Source: Octopus sinensis | Lineage: Eukaryota | Direction of reading: 5' to 3' | Length of the DNA stretch: 64,000 nt | Assembly: GCF_006345805.1 (NCBI RefSeq) | Contig: NC_043007.1 | Span: 52,142,001 to 52,206,000, forward strand | In this document: positions 14,101 to 25,169 of the stretch, one piece after another | How the letters are laid out: the number at the start of each line of letters is the position of its first letter | Numbering within the stretch: the first letter of the stretch is position 1 | Program-made: the position numbers and the translations under genes | The notes under the pieces: generated by a model | Told to the model about the DNA's origin: nothing | Database searches by the model: none | Seen by the model: only the letters and a program-made list of their open reading frames with translations

Positions 14101-15050
14101 TGGAACCCTTGATTTGTATGTAGGATGCCTTGAGGATTACGTCCAGATTTTCTATTGTGGGTTGAATTCCTGATTGTTGTTCGAAAGTTATTTGGGGGTG
14201 TAAAAGAGGTCAGGCCGGTGGAGTTGTGTCCCCTATATCGTCTGTAGTTTGTGTTATGTAAACGTGGGGTCATTTCTGTGTGTGTTTTTTGGGTTATCTG
14301 ATGCATTTTCTATGTTGAACTGTGTTTCATAGTTAATAAGGAAATTGACTTGTTTTTCCAAGCGTTGTAAGGAGTTAGTTTCATCAGCAACGTAAGTTGT
14401 TTTCCACAGTTTAAAAACACTTTCTAAGCGATGACCATCTAAATGTTTCTTTAATTCGTTGTAGATTTCCTCATCTGTTTTTAAATTTTTGTTCATTGCT
14501 TTCTAAGCTTAAGGAGTTCTATTTCTGTCTTCATTTTTTCCAGTTTTAGTTTCTCCCTTAATTGTCTTTGTTGGTCCTGCTCATTTGGAATACATTTAAT
14601 TTGTAATTTATGAGACAAAATTATTGGTGTAGAATTTAGCCACCATTCACAAATTTCTGCCTTGTGGTTGTTTATAATTTGTATTCCAGAAAGAAAATTT
14701 TCTGACATTAAATTTTTAATTCCATATGTGGATAATGCGGTTTTTAATAAGATAGTGTAAGCATGGAGGGGTTTCTATCTTGTGTATCATCTGTAGGAGG
14801 ATTTTCATTTAAATAATTATTATGAGGTAAAAAGTGAAAAGTGGCGCATAATTCAGACAGATGTTGATTGAGCTGTTTCAGAGATTGTTCTTTCTTGTGT
14901 AAAGCAAGCGAGTTCATTGATCTTGCGAATTAAAAGTCTCAAATTCATGTTGATCTCTTTCAGTTCTTAAAGAGTCTCTTCGTTGAGAGTTTTGACATTT
15001 TCAATCTCACGTGTAGTGAAATACAATAGAAATATGTTACAAAAAGAAAA
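11155..15050 (-). mobile_element. Penelope-like retroelement (RT + GIY-YIG), near full length, disrupted
   Basis: RT motifs LVSFDVVNLYTNIPH, YQQKCGIAMGTQAAP and MDDCFILW; TDSKQYLLFNSCHP. Endonuclease region KCGRPNCDTCPHL...NLIYAITCLGCSNNYIGQTG. Many stops; ends approximate. Confidence 0.93.
11228..11271 (-). ncRNA. Decayed minimal hammerhead-ribozyme-like motif in the PLE 3' terminus
   Basis: Minus strand reads ttcaaagca-ATGATTA-gtaatttac-GAAAC-CA-GTA-tgctttgaa. Helix I is a perfect 9 bp; the core differs from CTGANGA at 2 positions. Confidence 0.6.
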
Positions 15051-15141
15051 TAAAAACTATACGTGGAAATTTAACTTTAAATTAATACACCTGCTTGTTG
15101 TTCCTTCACCTGTCTTTGCCTTTTTGTTTTCTGTAAATTTG

Positions 15142-15199
<58 letters not shown>

Positions 15200-16156
15200 A
15201 TATATGTTTTGGTCTTCATTAATTATACACCTTTTGCTGTATAGTTACAACCAGAACAATGTACATTAACAAAAGTGATTGGACTAACAAGTGAAAAGTC
15301 TGGAGTTCAAGTCCACTATAGGCAACTCTATGTGTGTTTAGACAAACACTTAACTCTTCCCACCTCAATTCATCAAACTGTGAAGAACATGTATTTGATG
15401 TTCTGTAATAACGTGGCAGCTTATCCTGAAGGATATCTTTCCCTCATTTGTGGTAGATTATATAGGTAGAGGTGCATTGATTGAGTGGCTAGAATAATGT
15501 ATCACCTGGGACACAGCTTGTCAGGGGGATATCTTTATTTTACAGTATGTTTATTTCTATAGGGGTAAAGTGCAGTGTTCATGGCCTCTGTAAGCCCTCC
15601 CATACTAGTGAGATTAATGGAACTGATGCCTAGTAACAGACAGAACTCCATTAGAGGCACCCAATACACAGGATGTGGTGTTAAAGAATAAGCGTGACAT
15701 CAATCAGGGAATGTTATATGTATGTAATAGACTAGCAACTTATCCAGGAAGAGATTTATTTCTCATTTGCTTCATGTCAAAGACTCGCCTGGGGAGAACA
15801 CTTTTATGCATAGAAAGAAATTGGTAGTTTGAAATCATTTCTTTTCTTTTATATTTGTATTTTTGGATAATTTTCCAGATTGTATGGTTGCCTAATGTGT
15901 TAGAGTGATTATATATACATGTGTACTGTTGCTCAATAGGTTAGACTGATAGCCTGTACACATAGCTAAAGAGAGAGCTTCTATCTTGCTACCAAAATTG
16001 AAAGCCCATGCAACAAGATGCAACTAGCTACTTCACAACTAAAAGCAACTGGAATACTCCTATGTAACTTCAGATAGTTATTACTAAACAAGAAATTGAA
16101 AGGAATAAATTCCAGACAAAATTAGGATGGTGAAGCTGAGATTCAAAACAACGTAC

Positions 16157-16203
16157 CTTGTATGTTTCATAAATCTTTGGGAGTGTGAAAATTATCACAA
16201 CAC
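16157..16203 (-). CDS. RTN: Reticulon RHD exon (47 nt): (S)VVIIFTLPKIYETYK
   Basis: Long poly-T acceptor ending ccttag|, donor |gtacgt. Contains the FTLPKxYE motif and is frame-compatible with both neighbours. Confidence 0.95.
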
Positions 16204-17299
16204 CTAAGGAAAAAAAAAAGAAGAAAATGATGAACATATATAAATACACACAAACATCCATCACCAATATATACACTATATACATACATACACACTCATA
16301 AGCCTCTCCCCACAATCACTGTCATTACAACCATATTCTTACTCCTATGCACCTATTCTGGCCCTTCTGCTATTTGCATGTTCTTGACTATTACTCCTCC
16401 TTGGTCACAGTACCTTAAGCAAACATATATGTCTTAGGGTAACAAGTACTCTTTGCCCTTATAGTGTACAGGTAAAATCTCTTGTGCTGTTGCCATGTTG
16501 AAATGCAAGCAGTGCATTCTCTAGAGTGGCAGGCAAGTAAAGCATAAACTTGAGAGGTCGTTTCAATCTTAAGAACTTCCTATTCATTTGTCTATAGTGC
16601 TAGCAGCATGATAAATCTGGTGATATGAAGGGCATCAAGTCTTAGAAACGAAGCCAGACTGAAACGAGCGGCAGCCTGTGAGAGCAATGACTCTTTAATA
16701 AGAACAGACTCAGACTGTGACAGTCTATCCAGCATGTCAGCATGGAAAGTGAATGTAAAACTGACGATGATTATGGTGCACACATACAAGTGAATAAAGA
16801 GAGGAGGGAGGGAGGGAGGGAGGGGGAGAGAGAGAGGGGGGCGAGATACAGATAGGTAATATTTTAAGCACACATTTTCATGAGAAAATGAGAAGACAAT
16901 TTTATTTTAGTGAAAGCATGATAAAATGTTGTTGGTTTGGGCAGAATAAGTATGACAAGGCCGACCCATCTGAATTACAGGTTCAATAAGTGTAAGAAAG
17001 CCAGCCCATTTCAGTTACAGATAGACTTTATGCAATAGGTTTTTGCACAATTTTCACTCACATGTTTTTAGGTTACCCTGAGGCTAGAGTGACTTACTGT
17101 ACAATGAGATCCAGCCAGGGAACATAACTGGGAAGTGAACTTAACTATTCATTCATTTCTAGAACCCTTTTGTAACAGATATTAAATAAATAATTATATG
17201 TTCATCATTATGATTATACTTTTAATCCTAAATGCCTCTTTCAGCCAAACTGAATAAAATCACATAAGGAACTTCCAAAAAAATAATTATATTACTTAC

Positions 17300-17369
17300 T
17301 GTTAATAATTATTGTCATTCCATTAAACCAGGAACCAATGTAAGTCAAAACCCACAGGAGGAGGCCAAA
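17300..17369 (-). CDS. RTN: Reticulon RHD exon (70 nt): FGLLLWVLTYIGSWFNGMTIIIN(S)
   Basis: Acceptor cttttgcag|, donor |gtaagt. Matches the F..LxWVxTYxGxxFNGxT motif; enters in phase 0 and exits in phase 1. Confidence 0.96.
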
Positions 17370-17713
17370 CTGCAAAAGATGGAGAGTTAGAGTATTATTA
17401 TTATTTGCATGCTTATATGTGTGTGTGTGTATACACACACTATGTAGACCCAACAAAGGCACTGGATTTTGTGTATTATTAACTAGGCATAAGCCAAAAT
17501 GTATGAAAAGGAAACTAGTGTTGTCAGTTTGAAAATTAATCAAGTTCCAATCAGAAATAAAAAAAAACTTGGCCAAAACAGGTAAAACTATTACAGTGAC
17601 AAATTTAATGTTTCCACCAACAGAACCTGGAAAATATCTAAAATCACTGATACTTTGCATGTAACAAGTCAAATCAATGGCATGGAGTTGCTAATTTCTT
17701 TATACCACTAATG

Positions 17714-17830
<117 letters not shown>

Positions 17831-18100
17831 TGAATGTGTGTATGTATGTAAAAGTCATAATGCTGCAAGTACATCTGTATAGATCAATGAAAATTTCTTC
17901 AATATTTTTATAGCCACCTTAGACAGTCCAGAAGCATATATTGTCATATTCCAAATATCAACTTAATAATGAAAAAGTGATTTTATTAAACCCTCAAAAT
18001 CCTGAATTATTTTCAAAGTAAACTGAAACACATAACCAATATTCTTCATGAGAAATATGACTGTAAAACAGTTAAGAATTTCCAAATTTATTTATATATA

Positions 18101-18749
18101 TGTGGTCAGATCAATAAGTATCCAGACTGTTGCCACAGTAATGAAGCTAAAGCATGCAGAGTAAAACTGCTTGGCACAGATTGACCTTGAACTCTGCTGT
18201 GCATGTGCACTAAGTTTTAATGTTCTAGCTCACTTCTGCTGTTTACAGCAGTGCTTGGAAGGAAGGTGTGTAGCATGTGTTTGTTGCATTGACCATGATA
18301 GAGAAAGTTGAGTAGAGAATCTGCATCAAATTTTGCCAAAAGCTTGACGATACCTGCTCAGAGGCCTACACAAAGTTTTCAAAAAGTTTCCATTGTTCTC
18401 AACACAATCAAGGAGATCTTGCGCAACTGAAACCCAAATGTCTTTTTGGTCAGCTGAAAGCAGTTTTGTCATTAATGTTAGCATCATTGTGTGCAACTCA
18501 TACACTCCTCTCCATACATTTTCTGCAACTTTGTCATGACAACTTCCTCTGTCATGGTCAATGCGACAATCACACGTTACACACCTTTCTTCCAAGCACT
18601 GCTGTAAACAGCAGAAGTGAGCTAGAACATTAAAACTTTGTGCGCATGCACAGCAGAGTTCAAGGTCAATTTGTGCCAAGCAGCTTTACTCTGCATGCTT
18701 TAGCTACAATACTATGGCAACAATCCAGATACCTATTGATCACACCTCG
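18101..18749. mobile_element. Palindromic mariner derivative (two left ends joined tail-to-tail)
   Basis: About 200-bp arms 18108-18310 / 18545-18742 are roughly 90% identical by eye. TA at both ends; mariner TIR cgaggtgtgatcaata. The centre holds transposase scraps on both strands (RICIKFCQKL on +; KLLSADQKDIWVSVAQDLL on -). Confidence 0.85.
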
Positions 18750-19049
18750 TAAATTAGTATTCTTTTAAAGTTTAATGAATTAATTAAAAGTGCATTCAAC
18801 TCTATTGCTGAATAATTTAGACAGATGAGTAGAGAGGTTCATAGTTAAAACCTGTAGACTGGCGCAACAGCTGTTGATTTAGACAAACATCTGCTGATAA
18901 GATCTGTGTTTTGTGTAGTATGAGAGGGTGGAAAGGAGAGAGGGGAGTTCATTATACATATCAAAAGAATTCAAAAGATATTTTGTCTTGACACACACAT
19001 TTCATTAAAAATATGTGAGAAATGAGAAAGAATAAAAATTCAATGGCTG

Positions 19050-19600
19050 CAAAGTTGTTTTAGTCATTGGACTGTGACCATGCTGGAGCACCACCTTGAA
19101 GGCTTTAGTCAAACAAACTGACTCCAATACTTAACATTTTTTGAAGCCTGACACTTATTCTATTGATCTCTTTTTGCTGACCTGCTGAGATACAGACACA
19201 TAAAAAAACCAATACCAGTTGTCAAGTGGTGGTAAGGGCAAACACAAAAACGCACACATACACGCACACACAGACACATAAATATATATATATATATATA
19301 CCACAAAGGAAAAATTTTATTGTCACTAATTGTGACTGAGGGTGGCAAAGCACCTATATTGTAAGAAATAAGAGTTAAACCTCTTAATGCTGTATGAAGC
19401 ACACAATATATATACACTGACAGGGGATTGACACAATGAGTTTTTTTAGTTTCCATCTACTAAATCCATTTGCACAGCTTTGGTCATCCCAAAGCTATAG
19501 TATAAGACACTTGCACAAGGTGTTACACAATGAGACTGAATCTGGAACCATGTGGTTGGGAAGCAAACCTCTTGCCACACAGTCATGCCTGTACCTACTT
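19050..19600 (-). mobile_element. Abundant composite SINE family copy (others at about 440-680, 21470-21850, 36110-36285, 59330-59580, 63740-64000)
   Basis: Shared blocks catgctggagcaccaccttg, ctatagtagaagacacttgc and gaaccatgtggttgggaagcaa. Full plus-strand reference copy at 53175-53560. Confidence 0.75.
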
Positions 19601-21875
19601 AATTACATTTAATAAGGTGCTCAGGCAAAGATCACAAGTGCTTACAGTTCAAGAGTTAATGTGTTTTGAACAGAGATATTAATGTTTGATGAATTTATTA
19701 ACTACTTCCTTCTCTAAGCCAAAGAGCTATGATTTATTCTAAATTCTATAAAAGTTTGAACAGGTCAGTTTGGCACCACAAAATCAATTTGATTGGTTGA
19801 GTGTGTAAGTGTGTGAGTTGAGAAAGTGACTGAACATCAAAGAGGACATTGGTTCAAATAGATTTGGGGGTGAAAAACATAGTTCTTGGGTTATTAGCAA
19901 GAAGTGGATAGAACCTGACAACTTTTAGCTTTGCAGAAGAGATGGAACAGGATTAAGATGGTAAACAAGAAATTAGTCAACCTAAGGCAGTAGGAGAACA
20001 ATGTCTGTGGTGTGGTTGCAAAAACTATCTTTTAATTTGTCACCAACATCAACCTCACTCTCCTTAACCAATACTATATTGATATATATATAACCAATAC
20101 TATATTGAAAAGTCATGAACATGAAGGAATTCCCCGGAAAAAGACCAAGGTCTGGCTACCTATCAAAACAGAAGAAGTACAAAAGAAAGAAATAAACAAG
20201 TACCTATGATGCACATATTTCTCATTAAATTCCTCAACAATCTGAGAGCAAAAGCTGATATAGATGTGCAGCAGATAATGTATTGCTTTTTTTTTTCTAA
20301 CTCAATATGTTGAGTTAAAATCCTGTTTAAGACAAATTTGACTAAGTATGAAAAGAATGGGTAAGATCTATTGCTGTCTTTTCACAAGTCTGATAAAATA
20401 GATTATATTGGAACTAACAGGAGGAAGAGTGAGTCAGTGCCCACAACCTCCCAGAATGGTGATGCTGATAAAATTGATACCCAATCTGAAACTATACACA
20501 TCATGATTCTAACCAAGCTCAACACTTAATGCCATAATTACATTTTACATTTAATTACAGACAGAAATTACAGGAGTAGCCAAATTTTCATATCACACCT
20601 TGTTTTAAAATGAACTCACTAGGTTTGTAGTAGGAATAAATATATAAGCACTTTTTCTTCATAACATCTTCATAATTTTTTTCTACTCTAGGTACAAGGC
20701 CTGTAATTTTGTGGGAGGGGGCTAATCAGTTAGATTGACCCCAGCATGCAACTGGTACTTAATTTAATCAACCCTGAAAGTATGAAAAGCAAAGTCGACC
20801 TCAGAACATAAAGACAGACGAAATACTGTTAAGCATTTTGCCCGGTGTGCTAATGTTTCTGCCAACTCACTGCCTTACATCTTCCTAATCACTATAGAAT
20901 TAATTATATCTCTAATAAATCATTATATAATTATTATGAGTCATCATTCTAGTATATAATAAAACACTCAACAAAACTGAAAAAAAAAAAACAAACCATT
21001 GTTTAGTAACTCCTTCTAGCATGGTAGTAGGGGAAATAGCTTTCCTCATTAGTTCAAGGAGCATTAACAGAAGATATGTACCTTACAGTATCCAGTGGAA
21101 AGTTTATTTTGAAAAGAGAGCACATCTTTGTATATTCTTTGTTATATACTTGTCACTCCCACCTTAAGAGTTGCTGTTTTATTTTCATCTTTATTTCAAG
21201 AAGTAAATGATCTTAATTATGGAATGAAATTGCAAACATAATCTATTGTTTGTTTGTTCAAAGACATTGGTGAGATTTTAACAAATCAATACACAGTATT
21301 ACATCTACATTTTCATATCAGAGAAAAGTGCACATAACTGGACTTGAACCTATAGCTCCAGTGAACAAAGTTCAGTAACTGCCCTTTAATACTCATACAC
21401 ACAACTGTGTATTCTTAAAAAACACAAACAAAAAAAACAAAACAATATTAGTAATACACACACACATATTCTTTCATTTGATTCAGTCATTTGACTGTGA
21501 TCATGCCAGAACACTGCCTTAAAGGGTTATAGCCAAAGAAATCGACTCCACAGCTTATTCTTTGTAAGCCTTGTATTTATTGTATTGGTCACTTGAAACG
21601 CTAAGTTACAGGGACATAAACACACCAGCACCAGTTGTCAAGCAATGGTGGGGGAACAAATAGACACACACACACACACACATATACGATGGGCTTCTTT
21701 CAACTGCCATCTACCAAATCCATTCATAAGGCTTTGATTGGCCCAAGGCTATAGTAGAAGACACTTGCCTAAGGTGCCACACAATGGGACTGAACCTGGA
21801 ACCATGTGGTTGGGAAGCAAGCGTTTTACTACATAGCCACACTTACACCTATATATATACATATATATATATATA

Positions 21876-22443
21876 AGTGCAGAGATGGATGCTCTGAGAG
21901 TGTAGCTGTGAGAATGAGATTAGGCTGGGCAATGTTCAGAAAGCTTCTACCTCTGCTGGCAACAAAGGACCTCTCTCTCAGAATGAAAGGCAAATTATAT
22001 GATGCCTGTGTGTGAACAGTTATGCTACATGGCAGTGACACATGGATTGTGACAGCCGAGGATATGCATAGGCTTGAATGAAATGAAGCCAGTATGCTTT
22101 GCTAAATATGCAATGTCAGCATCTTTTGAACATTGAGCCTTATGGAGGCAAAGTGGCTGATACCAGTGGCACGTGAAAAGCTCCTTTCAAGCCTCATGAA
22201 GGCAATGACCAGGATTTTTGGCATTATATCGTGCTTGAGAAGAAGACCCATCAAGCCAAGTAAAATTGCAGTTGTGGCATCACACTCTCGGAGTGGTTGT
22301 CAGTAAGAAAGGCATCCAGCCACAGAAACCATGCCAAATCAGACTGGGTGCAGCCTTCCAGCTTGCCAATCTTGGTCAAACCATCCAACCCATGCCAGCA
22401 TGGACAACAGACATTAAATAATGATGATGATGATGATGATGAT
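21876..22443 (+). mobile_element. Older truncated RTE fragment (ORF2 C-terminus + 3' end with (GAT)n)
   Basis: SESVAVRMRLGWAMFRKLLPLLATKDLSLRMKGKLYDACV is homologous to the RTE at 26230-26350. Confidence 0.85.
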
Positions 22444-23177
22444 AAATCAAACTTAATTTAAAGTATTTATCAGTCAATTATCTTGCCTATAATACACAAA
22501 ATAATATGTTGTTTTACCTTTAACAGATTATGTCTTAGATTTCATTCTGTATTTTTTCTAAATGGCTTTGTGAGAAGAGGAATATCAGCATTCATCAAAT
22601 TGGCAGTTGTGCCAAGATTGGCAGGCAAAAAAGGAGGAGCTTAGATATGGTCCAAATAAGTGCACTCCAGTAAAGACACTTATTGGTCATACGGTGGTAT
22701 TAAACTAAGTGAAGGATTAATTCTTTCACCACAAAGCAAAGATATTTTTTATTATGGGCTTCCACAGAAGTTAGCTTCTTGATTAGCCTAAAGCTATTGT
22801 AGAAGACACTTTTTTAAAGTGTTTTATAGAGGGATTGAACCTAAAACCAAGTGGCTGCCATGCTAGTTATGTCATTATCTCATTCTGTATTTTCATTGTG
22901 CACTCACTATTAACATCGGGAAAAAGTTTTGTACAGTCAACAAGTGTACCCTTATGTGGTTGCTCAACATGCTAGTAATAGCAGTCAAATATCCCTCAAA
23001 ACAAACACTTGAAAAAATAAAAAAAATTAAGCTCTGTTTGATCAGAGCTAACCTGAGATTATTTCGTAACAAATACAACTAGTTTTCACCAAAATATAAT
23101 ATATTTATAGTTGACAAACACAAACATCTTTTTAGCATTCAACAACATTAATAATTTTAACCAGTAACTTATATATG

Positions 23178-23234
<57 letters not shown>

Positions 23235-23254
23235 TGTGTGTGTGTGTGTATATA

Positions 23255-23790
23255 CTAGCAGGGACACCCGGTGTTGCCCGTGTTACATGCAATTGAAGAA
23301 TTAAACTTTTTTGTAATGAACTGGAATATCTATGTTTTGAATTTCATCTATATTTCAGATGAGGGTTATTTCCCTCTTTACACACCCTAAAAAAATTGTA
23401 ATCATGCCACATGTATCCCATACTACTGATTTTTATGTGCATATTCCAAACTTCCATTCTTATTGAACCTGTTAAAAGGATTTTGCCCCTGAAAAATGAA
23501 GGTCATGGTGCTCTAAAATGTGAAAGTTAAGGCCCCCTGTTGGGGGTGGGTGCCTCTCATTTACTTGACAATTTATGCACCACATTGCAGAAATCACAAT
23601 GTAAGTGTATGTCAAAGCAAACTGTTACACTGTTGTACCATTGAATTACAAATAATGCTCATTTTTTATGCACGAGTAACCCTACAGCTTCCAAGAGTAC
23701 AAGTGTATTCATCTTTGCTTAGATAAAATGAGAAAATTGTGGGTCTTAAGTCCCCATGGAGGGGTCTTTCTAACCTGTAAGATATATATA
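23255..23790 (-). mobile_element. Non-autonomous Helitron-like element
   Basis: The minus-strand 3' end reads acacgggcaacaccgggtgtccctgCTAG, i.e. a GC hairpin then CTAG, followed by T. The 5' end is approximate. Confidence 0.6.
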
Positions 23791-23804
23791 TATACATATA
23801 TCAT

Positions 23805-24765
23805 CATCATCATCATCATCATTTAGCGTCCGTTTTCCATGCTAGCATGGGTTGGACGGTTCAACTGGGGTCTGGGGAGCCCGAAGGCTGCACCAGGCCA
23901 GTCAGATCTGGCAGTGTTTCTACAGCTGGATGCCCTTCCTAACGCCAACCACTCCGAGAGTGTAGTGGGTGATTTTATGTGCCACCGACACAGGTGCCAG
24001 ACGAGGCTGGCGAACGGCCACGCTCGGATGGTGTTTTTATGTGCCACCGACACAGGTGCCAGACGAGGCTGGCAGACGGCCACGCTCGGATGGTGTTTTT
24101 ATGTGCCACCGACACAGGTGCCAGATGAGGCTGGCAGGTGCCAGACGAGGCTGGCAGACGGCCACGCTCGGATGGTGTTTTTATGTGCCACCGACACAGG
24201 TGCCAGATGAGGCTGGCAGGTGCCAGACGAGGCTGGCAGACGGCCACGCTCGGATGGTGTTTTTATGTGCCAGACGGCCACGCTCGGATGGTGTTTTTAT
24301 GTGCCACCGACACAGGTGCCAGATGAGGCTGGCGGACGGCCACGATCGGATGGTGTTTGTTACGTCCCCAAAGCACGGAGGCCAGTCTATGCGGTACTGG
24401 CTACGGCCACGTTCGGATGATTATCTTGTGTGCCACCGGCACTGGTACCACAAAGATACAAATTCCATTTATGCTCATCTATTTGATTTGTTTTGATTTG
24501 ATTTGATTTTCACTTGCCTCAACAGGTCTTCACAAGTGTCACTTGCCTCAACAGGTCTTCACAAGTGTCACAAGAAGGAAGGTATGCACAGGTGGACTGT
24601 CTACGTCGCCGGGTCTTCGGATGGTGTCTTTATGTGCCACCGACACAGGTGCCAGATGTGGCTGGCGAACGGCCACGATCGGATGGTTTTCTTGTGTGCC
24701 ACCGGTACTGGAACCACAAAGATACAAATTCCATTGATGTTCATCTATTTGATTTGGTTTGATTT
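23805..24765 (-). mobile_element. RTE 3'UTR copy in reverse orientation with an expanded 62-bp minisatellite
   Basis: Reverse complement of 26770-27378. Units start at 23979, 24041 and 24103, etc. (CAT)n tail at the low-coordinate end; internal rearrangement around 24510-24765. Confidence 0.9.
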
Positions 24766-24797
<32 letters not shown>

Positions 24798-24825
24798 TTA
24801 TATATATACATATATATATATATAC

Positions 24826-24860
<35 letters not shown>

Positions 24861-24898
24861 CATACATATATATATATATATATATACATATATAATAC

Positions 24899-24929
<31 letters not shown>

Positions 24930-24972
24930 CATATATATTATACATATATATATATACATATATATTATATAC

Positions 24973-25005
<33 letters not shown>

Positions 25006-25108
25006 ACATATATATATATATACATATATTATACATATATATATACATATATATATACATATATAATATATATACACACATATAACATATATATATATAT
25101 ATACACAC

Positions 25109-25139
<31 letters not shown>

Positions 25140-25169
25140 CATATATATACATATATATATATATATATA

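Noticed and set aside
23979-24420. Regular 62-bp repeats resembling a CRISPR array
   Set aside because: Units are contiguous with no unique spacers, they belong to the RTE 3'UTR, the context is eukaryotic, and there are no cas genes.
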